DNA of 64,000 nt from the NCBI GenBank assembly GCA_963668355.1, contig OY764265.1, forward strand, positions 416,001-480,000. Reading direction: 5' to 3'. Of the stretch, positions 20,527-29,656 are shown one piece after another. A program made the translations under genes and the position numbers. A model generated the notes under the pieces. It did no database searches and had not been told where the DNA came from. It saw nothing but the letters and a program-made list of their open reading frames with translations. This DNA comes from Bdellovibrionota bacterium. Lineage in GTDB: Bacteria > Bdellovibrionota_G > JALEGL01 > DATDPG01. Each line of letters opens with the position of its first letter. Within the stretch, counting starts at the first letter, position 1.

Positions 20527-20967
20527 ATGAAAGTCAAAAGATTCGACAATCGACTCGGAATCACAGGATGGGCATTGGGCGGAAAATGGGGAATCGAACG
20601 CTATGCCTACACGCTTCATCGGATCACAGGCCTGGGCATTCTTTTTTACTTCATTCTCCACATTTTCGTGACGTCCATGAGAGTGTTCGGTCAATCCGCC
20701 TGGGAACAAATGATGGCCCGCGTTCATCATCCGATCTTTTTACTGGGCGAATACCTCATCTATGCCGCTTTCGCGTTCCATGCCATGAACGGCATTCGAT
20801 TGATTTTGGTTGAACTCGGTTGGGGCGTCGGAGCCCCCGAGGAACCCATCTATCCGTACAAAACATCCTTGAATGTCCAACGGCCCATGTTGATTCTGGC
20901 CCTTCTTCTCGCTGGAGTCATCGCCTTCTTCGGCATTTTCAATCTCATGCAATTAAAGGGCTTTTAA
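20527..20967 (+). CDS. sdhC: Succinate dehydrogenase cytochrome b subunit C
   Basis: LHRITG, FHAMNGIR; three TM helices; operon position. Confidence 0.85.
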   Translation: MKVKRFDNRLGITGWALGGKWGIERYAYTLHRITGLGILFYFILHIFVTSMRVFGQSAWEQMMARVHHPIFLLGEYLIYAAFAFHAMNGIRLILVELGWGVGAPEEPIYPYKTSLNVQRPMLILALLLAGVIAFFGIFNLMQLKGF

Positions 20968-20985
20968 GTTTTCGGGAGAACCTTC

Positions 20986-21360
20986 ATGAAAGAAACCAAA
21001 TATTGGACATGGCACATCATCACCGCAGGAATCATCCTCGTGCTTTTGGGCCTACACATGTTCATTCAACACCTTGATTTAATCGTAGGGTTTGCCAACC
21101 CCGAAGGCGGAAGAGCCATCGCCTGGGAAAACGTTTTGGCAAGAAGCCAAACCACGGCTTTTGTCGTCATCTACATCGTACTTTTGGGCGCAGCTCTCTA
21201 CCATGGTCTGTACGGTCTTCGAACGATTCTCTTTGAACTCAATCTCAAAAAAGGACTCCAGAAAGGCATCAATTGGTTCTTCTGGATTGGCGGAGTCGGC
21301 TTATTCCTTTTCGGCTCATGGGCAGCCATCGCCGCAAAACTCCTTAACCCCAACGTTTAA
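20986..21360 (+). CDS. sdhD: Succinate dehydrogenase membrane anchor subunit D
   Basis: Three TM helices, LYHGLYGLRTIL; operon position. Confidence 0.8.
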   Translation: MKETKYWTWHIITAGIILVLLGLHMFIQHLDLIVGFANPEGGRAIAWENVLARSQTTAFVVIYIVLLGAALYHGLYGLRTILFELNLKKGLQKGINWFFWIGGVGLFLFGSWAAIAAKLLNPNV

Positions 21361-21375
21361 AGTGAGGAAAAACTC

Positions 21376-22194
21376 ATGGCCAACGAAATCACATTCAGAA
21401 TTCGCAAATTTAATCCCGAAAAAGATACCGAACCCCATTGGGAAGATCACACCATCGCCGTCACTCCCGGAATGACGGTCTTGGACGGACTCCACGAAAT
21501 CAAAGGGAAGAAAGATCGAACCCTGGCCATGCGATATTCGTGTCGAATGGGTGTGTGTGGATCATGTGCCATGTTGATCAATGGGAAACCGGCCTTGGCC
21601 TGCAACACACAAATTAAAGATGTGGCCGAATCCGTTCTATTGGTGGCTCCCCTTCCCAATTTCGACATCATCAAAGATTTGGTTCCCGATCTTCAACCCA
21701 TGTTCGAAAAACATGTTCAGATGTCCCCTTACATCATTCGCGACGACATGGACGAAGTGAATCATCCCAGCGGAGAATTCTTTCAATCTCCCGAAGAACT
21801 CACAAAATATCTGCAATTTGCCTATTGCATAAAATGTGGCGCTTGCATGGCGGCTTGCCCGACCATGGCCACTGATCGAGAATATTTCGGCCCCATGCCC
21901 CTAACATCTGCCCATCGCTACAGTTCCGATACGCGCGATGGCGGCTTTCACGAACGAAAAAAGGTCGTTGGGAACGATCATGGCGCGTTTCGATGTCACT
22001 ACGGCGGGGAATGTTCCAATGTCTGCCCAAAAGGCGTCGATCCCGCACGAGCCATCCAGTTGATGAAACGCAGCCTGGTTTTCGACTACCTGAAGCTTCG
22101 GAAACAACCCTGCCCATCCTCACCGATGAGCAAACCCACCGAAGCCAAACGCCTAGATGGCGTTCCAGACGCCCCGGAATACACCGTGAAATAG
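21376..22194 (+). CDS. sdhB: Succinate dehydrogenase iron-sulfur subunit
   Basis: SCRMGVCGSC, CIKCGACMAACP, CHYGGECSNVCP. Confidence 0.93.
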   Translation: MANEITFRIRKFNPEKDTEPHWEDHTIAVTPGMTVLDGLHEIKGKKDRTLAMRYSCRMGVCGSCAMLINGKPALACNTQIKDVAESVLLVAPLPNFDIIKDLVPDLQPMFEKHVQMSPYIIRDDMDEVNHPSGEFFQSPEELTKYLQFAYCIKCGACMAACPTMATDREYFGPMPLTSAHRYSSDTRDGGFHERKKVVGNDHGAFRCHYGGECSNVCPKGVDPARAIQLMKRSLVFDYLKLRKQPCPSSPMSKPTEAKRLDGVPDAPEYTVK

Positions 22195-22245
22195 CACCGA
22201 AAATAGATGCTTGACATATCTCAAAGAATTCTATACAGGGCTCCC

Positions 22246-22351
22246 ATTATTTTTGCCAGCTCGCCTACCGATCTTTTCTTTCGATTCCGTCGTTATTCGC
22301 GCTTCAGAAATGTAACCCAGTAAAACCCGTGAATCGAAAAAGGACACAACC
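22246..22351 (+). promoter_or_regulatory. Conserved structured 5' leader of RRM gene copy 1
   Basis: 22246-22315 is identical (70 nt) to 32509-32578; TTGACA at 22211 upstream; TTCGATTC can pair with GAATCGAA next to the SD. Confidence 0.7.
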
Positions 22352-22669
22352 ATGCCCAAAAAATTATATGTAGGAAATCTCCCTTTTTCAGTAACCAATC
22401 AAGACTTGATGGATATGTTCGCAGAATGCGGAACCGTCGAATCTGCTGATTTGATCATTGATCGAGACACACAACGAAGCAAAGGCTTTGGATTTGTCGA
22501 AATGGCAAATGACAACGAAGCTCAGGCAGCCATCGAAAAATTTGATGGCCAAGATTACAATGGCCGTTCCCTCAAAGTGAACGAAGCCAGACCCATGCAA
22601 AAACGAAATAGCGGTGGTGGAAACCGTGGTTTCGGAGGCGGACGACGCGGCGGACGATCTTCCTACTAA
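22352..22669 (+). CDS. RRM (RNP-1) RNA-binding protein with Gly/Arg tail, copy 1
   Basis: KKLYVGNL (RNP2), RSKGFGFVEM (RNP1), LKVNEAR. Confidence 0.93.
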   Translation: MPKKLYVGNLPFSVTNQDLMDMFAECGTVESADLIIDRDTQRSKGFGFVEMANDNEAQAAIEKFDGQDYNGRSLKVNEARPMQKRNSGGGNRGFGGGRRGGRSSY

Positions 22670-22696
22670 GCAACCCTTCAATATCAATATTGCCCG

Positions 22697-22728
22697 AAAG
22701 CCCAGGCCCTAATCCTGGGCTTTTGTTT
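22697..22728 (+). terminator. Rho-independent terminator
   Basis: aaagcccagg-ccctaat-cctgggcttt followed by tgttt. Confidence 0.8.
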
Positions 22729-22852
22729 GCCTTACGTACGAATTTTCACCTAAAATCCTTCAACATATTCGCGACTTACCTCTTCATTGACGCGTTCGAA
22801 AAAAAACAACGCTATTTTTTTCAAACCCAGTGTGCAAAGATTTGATTCCTCC

Positions 22853-24262
22853 ATGCCCCTCACTTCGACCCGACAAGAACGATTTGCACTCAACGAGTGG
22901 ACCGACATCACGCTCGATGGGCACGCCAAGACATTCTCATGTCGCGTGGAAAACGTAAGCTGTGGAGGCATGCTTCTTCGACACATTGAGCCCCTTGAAG
23001 TGGGCTCCTTCGTTTCCATTTCTTCTCAATTACCTCATCAACCTTCCCTTTCAACGACCGGAGAAGTGGTACGCGTGGAAACGTCCAGCCTATCGAGAAA
23101 ACAATGTGGAATCGGAATTCGATTTGACCAGCCCGACAATTCTCTTTCACAAGCCTATCTTCAACATTCGAGTCAAAGCATGAAGATGGCTCGGCTAGAA
23201 AAGATCAACAAACTCACCCGCATCATTCATCAAGATCTTCTCGTTCCAGAAGTATTGGACCATGTCTACGTGAATTTTCGAGGTCTCATTCCTTTTGATC
23301 GCTTGGCCTATGCACGCATGGTCAACGGAAGCAAAAACGCGCGTTTAATCTGGGTCCGAAGCGAGTATGCCAAACACCTTCTGGACATTGGCTATGAGCG
23401 ATCCCTTCATAAAAGCAGTTTATTGGATTTGGGGAAAAAGAAGCAGATTCGCATCATTAATGATCTCCAAGAACACCTTGCCGAAAATCCAAATTCCGAA
23501 TCCACGAAACTGATTCTTGATGAAGGTCTCCGCTCCAGCCTCACGTGTCCTCTAGAAATTTCTGACAACCTCTTGGGATTTCTATTCTTTTCCAGCAGAA
23601 AAACCCACACCTACTCCTCTCACCACATCGAGACCTTTGAAGACATCGCAGGACAACTCACCATCGCCCTCTACAAAAACCTCATCATCCAAGAATTGGC
23701 CGCGGCAAAAAAGAAACTGGAACAAAGCACAACCCGCTTGGCAAAACTGGCCACAAAAGATTACTTAACCGGAACGTTAAATCGTCGCGCCTTTGAAGAT
23801 GTCCTGAAAAAATCTTGGGGACGAGACGTCCGAAATCAACACCCCCTCTCCCTCATCATTTTGGACATCGACCACTTCAAAGATTTCAATGATCGATTCG
23901 GTCATCTCAGAGGAGATGAGTGCCTCCGAAGCGTTGCTCAGGCCCTTTCGGAAGCCTTAAAACGTCCGGGGGACATTTTGGGTCGTTATGGCGGCGAGGA
24001 ATTTGCCATCATCCTGGAAGACACCCCCTCCGAAGGAGCCTACCAAATTGCCGAGGATCTAAGACGGGCTGTCATGGCCCTGGACCTTCCTGCGGCCAAA
24101 CAAGAGACCAGTGGTCTTCTGACCGTTAGCTTAGGATGTGCGACCATCTATCCCAATGAGAAAGGCTCTTCTCGGGATCTCATCGCTTCCGCAGATCGAG
24201 CCCTCTACCAAGCCAAACGCGCCGGACGAAACCGAGTCGTCTCCGTACGAAACAACGCCTAA
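22853..24262 (+). CDS. Diguanylate cyclase, PilZ-GAF-GGDEF
   Basis: NVSCGG PilZ motif; central GAF; DIDHFKDFNDRFGH, RPGD I-site, RYGGEEF. Confidence 0.85.
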   Translation: MPLTSTRQERFALNEWTDITLDGHAKTFSCRVENVSCGGMLLRHIEPLEVGSFVSISSQLPHQPSLSTTGEVVRVETSSLSRKQCGIGIRFDQPDNSLSQAYLQHSSQSMKMARLEKINKLTRIIHQDLLVPEVLDHVYVNFRGLIPFDRLAYARMVNGSKNARLIWVRSEYAKHLLDIGYERSLHKSSLLDLGKKKQIRIINDLQEHLAENPNSESTKLILDEGLRSSLTCPLEISDNLLGFLFFSSRKTHTYSSHHIETFEDIAGQLTIALYKNLIIQELAAAKKKLEQSTTRLAKLATKDYLTGTLNRRAFEDVLKKSWGRDVRNQHPLSLIILDIDHFKDFNDRFGHLRGDECLRSVAQALSEALKRPGDILGRYGGEEFAIILEDTPSEGAYQIAEDLRRAVMALDLPAAKQETSGLLTVSLGCATIYPNEKGSSRDLIASADRALYQAKRAGRNRVVSVRNNA

Positions 24263-24346
24263 CGCCCCCCTCCTGACTGATTTTGGATTTGTGTTAGGCT
24301 TCATAAGAAAACAAGTATTGAGAACAAACAAAAAGGAAAACCAATC

Positions 24347-24712
24347 ATGAAAGTAACACTGGTCCATTGGTTGCTGGCCTCTTTGTCCTTAATGATAACG
24401 GCCTATCTCGTCCCCGGAGTTCATGTGAACAGTTTCTTTTCGGCTCTCATCGCCTCCGTGATCATCGGACTCGTCAACATCACTGTTTGGCCTCTTTTGA
24501 TTTTCTTCACCCTCCCGCTCACCATCCTCACCTTTGGCCTTTTTCTTTTCGTAGTAAACGGTTTGGCACTCTGGATTGCCGCAGCCTTCTCCCCAGGCTT
24601 TGCCATCAATGGCATATTCCCCGCCATCATTGGATCCATCGTTCTTACAATCGTCGGCGCCATCATCCGCCACCTTTTCAAAAGCACGCGAAACACACCC
24701 AAACAACCGTAG
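24347..24712 (+). CDS. YvlD/DUF360 4-TM membrane protein (holin superfamily IV-like)
   Basis: PLLIFFTLPLTILTFGLFLFVVNG signature. Confidence 0.8.
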   Translation: MKVTLVHWLLASLSLMITAYLVPGVHVNSFFSALIASVIIGLVNITVWPLLIFFTLPLTILTFGLFLFVVNGLALWIAAAFSPGFAINGIFPAIIGSIVLTIVGAIIRHLFKSTRNTPKQP

Positions 24713-24828
24713 AAAAACTCGCGCCTCCATGCCCCACCGAACAGGTCCCACCTCCCCCCGCCTCAAGTCACCCCTCCTAAATCCTGAATGATCTTCAATA
24801 CATCGAGAAAACCGTTCTGGCATCCATC

Positions 24829-26292
24829 TTGCTAAAGATGAACGCCATGAACCCTTCGAAACGAAACATTCCATGGCCTCGCCATAGGCAAGCCCAACGA
24901 CTCACCCTTTCTCTTCTTCTGTTCTGTGCCCTCTCGGCCTTTTTAACACCTAAGCACTCTCTGGCCGCCGACTCATCTTCATTGCCAGACGATGTTGTCG
25001 TGGGTTATCTCGAAAACTGGCACGACGTAAAACTGTCTGACGTTCACCCCGCTTATAATGTTGTGATGTTGGCGTTTGCCGAACCTGCCCAAGGGAGCAC
25101 ATACGACATGCGGTATTGGATTCCGGAAGGATATGAAGGCACCTTCGAAGAACGTAGAGAACAGTTTCTCACGGACATTCAAAACCTGCACAACGCCGGA
25201 GGAAACAAACGGGTTCTCTTGAGCATCGGTGGCGCAGATACCGAAGTCTTCTTACACAATGACAATGAACGTCGAACCTTCGTCAACTCCATGCTCCAAA
25301 TTTTTTCCATGTTGGATTATCAAATCGATGGCATAGACCTAGACTTGGAATCCACCTCTCTCAATTTCGGCCCCTGGACCCTCAACAATCCCGCTGAAGG
25401 ACAAAGACAGATGATCCTCGCCATTCAAGAGCTAATGGCAGACTACCAACACGTCACAAACAAAAAACTACTTTTGACGATGGCTCCAGAAACGCCTTAT
25501 GTCCAAGGAGGCTACAGCCGGTGGCAGGTGCTCGATTGGAATGGAGGCACCTACCTGCCGATCATCCACGCTTTGAGAGACGAACTAGATTTGATTCACT
25601 GCCAATTGTATAACGCCGGTGGAACCACGCCGGGAAGTGGCATGTTGGCATTGGACGGAGCCACGTACCAAGATGACGGCGGTCCGGATTTCCTTTTGGC
25701 CATGACCGACATGGTTTTGCACGGGTTCGATATAGTCGATGGCTCAGGCACCGTCGTAGAACACTTCGATCCGATTCCAGATGAAAAGGTGGCCGTCGGA
25801 TTACCTGCAAGTTCCTGCATGGACGACACCACCGGGCATATTGGAACCGAAGACGTGTGCACCGCCTTTCAATACTTAAGAGGCGTCATCGAAAAACCGG
25901 AGGGAGCCAACTGGAAATACACCTTGCGAGAAAGATATCCAGAATTAAGGGGCTTGATGACATGGTCCATTTACTGGGATTCCATCTCTTGCGATGGCCC
26001 GTGGTCTTTCGCCGAGAACGCAAGTTGCGCCTTTTCGGGCGACACGATTGCTCAAGGAAAGTCGAGAGTAAACATTCACCCCAATCCGGCTACGGAAACG
26101 GTTAGTGTCCGGGTTTCACCCTTCCAGAATCATCCCATTCAACGATACCAAGTATTCGACGTTCATGGCCGCCAAGTTCTTCGAGGGAAGCTCGATGTCA
26201 GGGGAACTCGCCTCGATGTATCCCGCTTGCCGGCAGGGGTTTACTTTATGAGCGTGGGATCGGCAGTCACCAAATTCTCCCTCATTCGATAA
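24829..26292 (+). CDS. GH18 chitinase with C-terminal T9SS type A sorting-like domain
   Basis: Signal peptide; VVGYLENW, LSIGGA, DGIDLDLE (DxDxE), LTMAPE, QLYN, GLMTWSI; tail IHPNPA...VFDVHGRQV...DVSRLPAGVYF. Exact start uncertain. Confidence 0.85.
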   Translation: MLKMNAMNPSKRNIPWPRHRQAQRLTLSLLLFCALSAFLTPKHSLAADSSSLPDDVVVGYLENWHDVKLSDVHPAYNVVMLAFAEPAQGSTYDMRYWIPEGYEGTFEERREQFLTDIQNLHNAGGNKRVLLSIGGADTEVFLHNDNERRTFVNSMLQIFSMLDYQIDGIDLDLESTSLNFGPWTLNNPAEGQRQMILAIQELMADYQHVTNKKLLLTMAPETPYVQGGYSRWQVLDWNGGTYLPIIHALRDELDLIHCQLYNAGGTTPGSGMLALDGATYQDDGGPDFLLAMTDMVLHGFDIVDGSGTVVEHFDPIPDEKVAVGLPASSCMDDTTGHIGTEDVCTAFQYLRGVIEKPEGANWKYTLRERYPELRGLMTWSIYWDSISCDGPWSFAENASCAFSGDTIAQGKSRVNIHPNPATETVSVRVSPFQNHPIQRYQVFDVHGRQVLRGKLDVRGTRLDVSRLPAGVYFMSVGSAVTKFSLIR

Positions 26293-26395
26293 TGCCGTAA
26301 CAAATGAAGATGTTTCTTTTAAAACAAAAACCTATAGTCCCTTCGATTGGGGTTTCCTTTTCCATAAGCGTTCCCTCAGAAAGCGGGTTAGAGTC

Positions 26396-27469
26396 ATGAA
26401 AAACAAAAAGACATCAAACCCTCCACATCTAACTTTGGCATGGGTCTCATCTTTTCTCTTCGTACTCACATCACTTACGCCAATGTCTCACGCTCGGGCC
26501 GAAGCAGGTGACTACCTCCTGAAAGAAGGCCCCCCAGCCAATCAATACAATGGAACGCCCTACCTTTTCTTGTTTCAGCCTGATTTCGAAGATGACCGTT
26601 GCCTCGACACCCTAGCCGGCCTCTATTGGAACGAAGACGACTACTTTATGCAAACCAGGCTTTTCACGCGCGTAGGCGAAAAAGGGCTAACCATTCAACG
26701 CATATCTCACAATTCCATGTGGAACGACTTCGGAGGAAAAAACCACTGGTTTGAGGAGTTTGACCAGACCCTAACAATCGGCGTTACCCAAGCCGAGCAG
26801 GATCACGCGGCCAGAAGGTATACTTCCAAGCTCGTTTACTGCCAAGGTCCGAATCGTCTGATCAGCGCCAGGATTGAGCACCGACTGCACGGCGAAAATT
26901 TTAAAACCACGGCAAGTTTACTCGGCAGCGCCTCCTCTTACCTCGTTTATAATATTTGGGAACGCGTACAAGGCCCACAGGGCGAACCCCGTGTGCGCCA
27001 CGATATCGGTTGGGAACAGATGTTTCACCGCAGCTCCTCCCCTTATCTCGATGGAAAACCTCAAGATGACCTTCGACCCGATTCCACAAGAAAAGCCCTG
27101 ATCGGACGAAAAATCATGCCCGTCCAGCTGACCAACCGAGAGGCATTATCGATTCCATTTGAGCAACTCGATTTTGGTCTCTTTTCTGTAGAGCCTATGG
27201 TTACCACTCCTTTAAACACGATCGTCGAGGATGAAGCCTATGCAGAGCTATTAGAAGACGCTCCCTTATGGGTCTTCGGTGAAAACCTCATCACCGAATA
27301 TGGTCCTCAACTCCTCTTCCCCGACCATGACTGCCATACACTGAGAAGCAAAACCCCTACCGAAAACGACATTCAAGCACGCAAAAATTTTATTCGAGCC
27401 ACCATGCAAGAAAAGTGGGGACCCCTTGAAAGTCATCGAATCGTCAGCTTCGAATCCAGGTATCGATAA
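26396..27469 (+). CDS. Hypothetical secreted protein
   Basis: 357-aa ORF with signal peptide (SHARA-EA); no family recognised. Confidence 0.6.
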   Translation: MKNKKTSNPPHLTLAWVSSFLFVLTSLTPMSHARAEAGDYLLKEGPPANQYNGTPYLFLFQPDFEDDRCLDTLAGLYWNEDDYFMQTRLFTRVGEKGLTIQRISHNSMWNDFGGKNHWFEEFDQTLTIGVTQAEQDHAARRYTSKLVYCQGPNRLISARIEHRLHGENFKTTASLLGSASSYLVYNIWERVQGPQGEPRVRHDIGWEQMFHRSSSPYLDGKPQDDLRPDSTRKALIGRKIMPVQLTNREALSIPFEQLDFGLFSVEPMVTTPLNTIVEDEAYAELLEDAPLWVFGENLITEYGPQLLFPDHDCHTLRSKTPTENDIQARKNFIRATMQEKWGPLESHRIVSFESRYR

Positions 27470-27545
27470 CCCTCTAAGAGATAAACACTTATTAGAAACA
27501 AAAACTTAAATCGCATTTAACTCGGTGCAGTTTTGGATTTGGCAG

Positions 27546-28112
27546 TTAGCCCTCTCCACCACACTCAGCGTGGGGAATATACTCATCCATATGATCCATG
27601 CAATCTCGACAAAAAGCCATCACGATGCAGCCATCCTTGAGCCGTACATGTCGATCACTTTGACATGAGGAACAGACCGGAATGTGTGACAAGGAATCAT
27701 GAAGAAGTCCGACGTTCTTTAGATGGGTTCGCGTAACAAATCCAAGCATTTTGTCGCGAAACATCACGGGTAGACAACCTACGCCCTCTTTGCGCATTCT
27801 CTCTGCCGCGACTTCGAGGGAATCTCCCGAAGAAATCAGGACCAAAGGCCCCTGAATGCAAGTCTCCACTTTGTCTTCGGGATGGGCTTTTTCGAGATCG
27901 CAAGCGCATACAACACCTACAACAGCCTCCATCTCCGTAAGGACCAGGTAATGACCTTTTCGGCTTTTGAGATAATCTTGGGCGGTTTTCACCGTCTCTT
28001 TGGAAGAAAGTGTGGGGGCTGATTTCCTCATCACCGAGTAGAGAGTTATTTTTTCCATAGCTTTGCTCGAAGATGCAAACGTGGCATCCGGTTGTGTTTG
28101 TTCATGGGACAT
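27546..28112 (-). CDS. CBS-pair protein with C-terminal CxxC...CxxC ribbon
   Basis: Two CBS repeats (VVGVV, GCLPV...LGFVT); CSSC...CRDC. Confidence 0.75.
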   Translation of the reverse strand: MSHEQTQPDATFASSSKAMEKITLYSVMRKSAPTLSSKETVKTAQDYLKSRKGHYLVLTEMEAVVGVVCACDLEKAHPEDKVETCIQGPLVLISSGDSLEVAAERMRKEGVGCLPVMFRDKMLGFVTRTHLKNVGLLHDSLSHIPVCSSCQSDRHVRLKDGCIVMAFCRDCMDHMDEYIPHAECGGEG

Positions 28113-28139
28113 CTCTATTTATCGCCTTTTTAGAACTTG

Positions 28140-28185
28140 ATGAATATAAGGAACTTTAAGGAATACAGTTCGATTTTTTCGAACT
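28140..28185. promoter_or_regulatory. Putative LysR (NhaR-like) operator/promoter, copy 1
   Basis: atgaatataaggaacttt (18 bp, identical at 29480) plus palindrome agttcgattttttcgaact. Confidence 0.7.
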
Positions 28186-28197
28186 ATAGTGTAAGCC

Positions 28198-29100
28198 ATG
28201 GGTTGGCTCAATTATCACCACTTGTACTACTTCTGGGTCGTTGCAAAAGAGGGCGGCTTGACCCGCGCATGCAAGAAACTACGGCTCGCCAAACCCACTG
28301 TCAGTGGTCAGATTCGTAGGTTGGAGGAAGTCCTCGGAGAAAAATTGTTTGAAAAAACCGGCCGGCACTTGGTCATGACAGAAATCGGAAGGGTAGTCTT
28401 TCGCTATGCCGAAGAAATATTTCCCACGGGCCAAGAGTTGATGGAGGCGGTAAAGGGGCAAAAATCCGATCGTCCCGCACGCTTGGCGGTTGGAGTGGCC
28501 GGCGTTCTTCCTAAACCGATTGTTCACCGCCTGCTGAAACCTGCGTTTCATTTAGAGAGACAAACGGCGATCATCTGCCACGAAGATCGCTCCGTTGAGC
28601 AGTTCCTAGCCCAATTGGTTGTGCACGAACTCGACTTGGTGCTATCCGATGCGCCGGCCGGACCGTTCACGGGAATCAAAGTCTTCAGCCACCATTTGGG
28701 AGAATGTGGAACCACTTTTTTTGCCAAGCCTTCCAGAGCCAAGGCGTTGGCGCGAAACTTTCCAAAGTCGTTAAACGACGAAGCCTTCCTACTCCCCAGC
28801 CCGAAGTCCATGCTTCGAAAGTCGTTGGATCAATGGTTTTACGAACAGGACGTGCACCCAAAAATTATGGGGGAATTCGATGACCCGGCTCTGATGGACG
28901 TATTTGGTCAAGGAGGAAGTGGAATCTTTCCCGGTCCCTCGGTCATCGAAGACAACCTCTTAAGACGCTATCGTGTCCAGGTGGTCGGTCGAGCCAAGTC
29001 ACTTCGACATCGGTTTTATGCGCTTTCGGCCGAAAGGCGCTTGAAAAATCCTGCTGTCATTGCCATCTGCGAGTCGGCTCGTCGCGAACTATTTCGTTAA
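28198..29100 (+). CDS. LysR-family regulator, NhaR-like
   Basis: WLNYHHLYYFWVVAKEG, HELDLVLSD, GEFDDPALM, ERRLKNPAV. Confidence 0.88.
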   Translation: MGWLNYHHLYYFWVVAKEGGLTRACKKLRLAKPTVSGQIRRLEEVLGEKLFEKTGRHLVMTEIGRVVFRYAEEIFPTGQELMEAVKGQKSDRPARLAVGVAGVLPKPIVHRLLKPAFHLERQTAIICHEDRSVEQFLAQLVVHELDLVLSDAPAGPFTGIKVFSHHLGECGTTFFAKPSRAKALARNFPKSLNDEAFLLPSPKSMLRKSLDQWFYEQDVHPKIMGEFDDPALMDVFGQGGSGIFPGPSVIEDNLLRRYRVQVVGRAKSLRHRFYALSAERRLKNPAVIAICESARRELFR

Positions 29101-29126
29101 GAACAAAAACACGTTCAAAACATAAA

Positions 29127-29158
29127 CAACCCACAGCACGGGCTCATGCTGTGGGTTG
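29127..29158. terminator. Hairpin between convergent LysR and csbD-like genes
   Basis: caacccacagca-cgggctca-tgctgtgggttg. Confidence 0.6.
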
Positions 29159-29229
29159 CTCACTTGCGTCACAGTCGATTCTTTACATAGGGGGAAAAGA
29201 ATGAAACAACCGCGCACGTAAGCTGTTAA

Positions 29230-29427
29230 CTATTTTGGAAGCGACATTTGAAATTCAGCGATTTCTTTTTGCGTGTCCTCTTTAGACCGTTCGTAGATCG
29301 AAGACACTTTGTTGGCAAGAACATCCATGTCTTTTCCGATATCACGAACATCCCCATCGGTTAACTTGCCCCATCTGGCTTGAAGTTTCTCTCCGAAAGT
29401 CGTTTCGGATCCTGCTGCTTCTGTCAT
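29230..29427 (-). CDS. CsbD/YjbJ-like stress protein
   Basis: KLQARWGKLTDGD...IYERSKE; AGGAG RBS. Confidence 0.7.
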   Translation of the reverse strand: MTEAAGSETTFGEKLQARWGKLTDGDVRDIGKDMDVLANKVSSIYERSKEDTQKEIAEFQMSLPK

Positions 29428-29479
29428 TTTGATTCTCCTGGTGATTGATTGACTTCATCTATAGACCCGCTGAAAGTTA

Positions 29480-29526
29480 ATGAATATAAGGAACTTTGGT
29501 TTATTTCATTCGCAATTTACGAATGA
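29480..29526. promoter_or_regulatory. Putative LysR (NhaR-like) operator/promoter, copy 2
   Basis: Same 18-bp block and palindrome tcattcgcaatttacgaatga at the same offset as copy 1. Confidence 0.7.
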
Positions 29527-29656
29527 TCATTCAAAGCCTTCGTACGAAAGCTTTCCGCTTCATTTCTTTGGTTAAGCGTTATCTCCTAGCTGAATGGGAG
29601 TTCGGTTGGTACACTTCAAACACAATCCACTCTAACCTTTTTCTTCCGGGAGAATT

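Noticed and set aside
24347..24712. Holin as evidence of a prophage
   Set aside because: YvlD/DUF360 proteins are common chromosomal membrane proteins; no phage genes nearby
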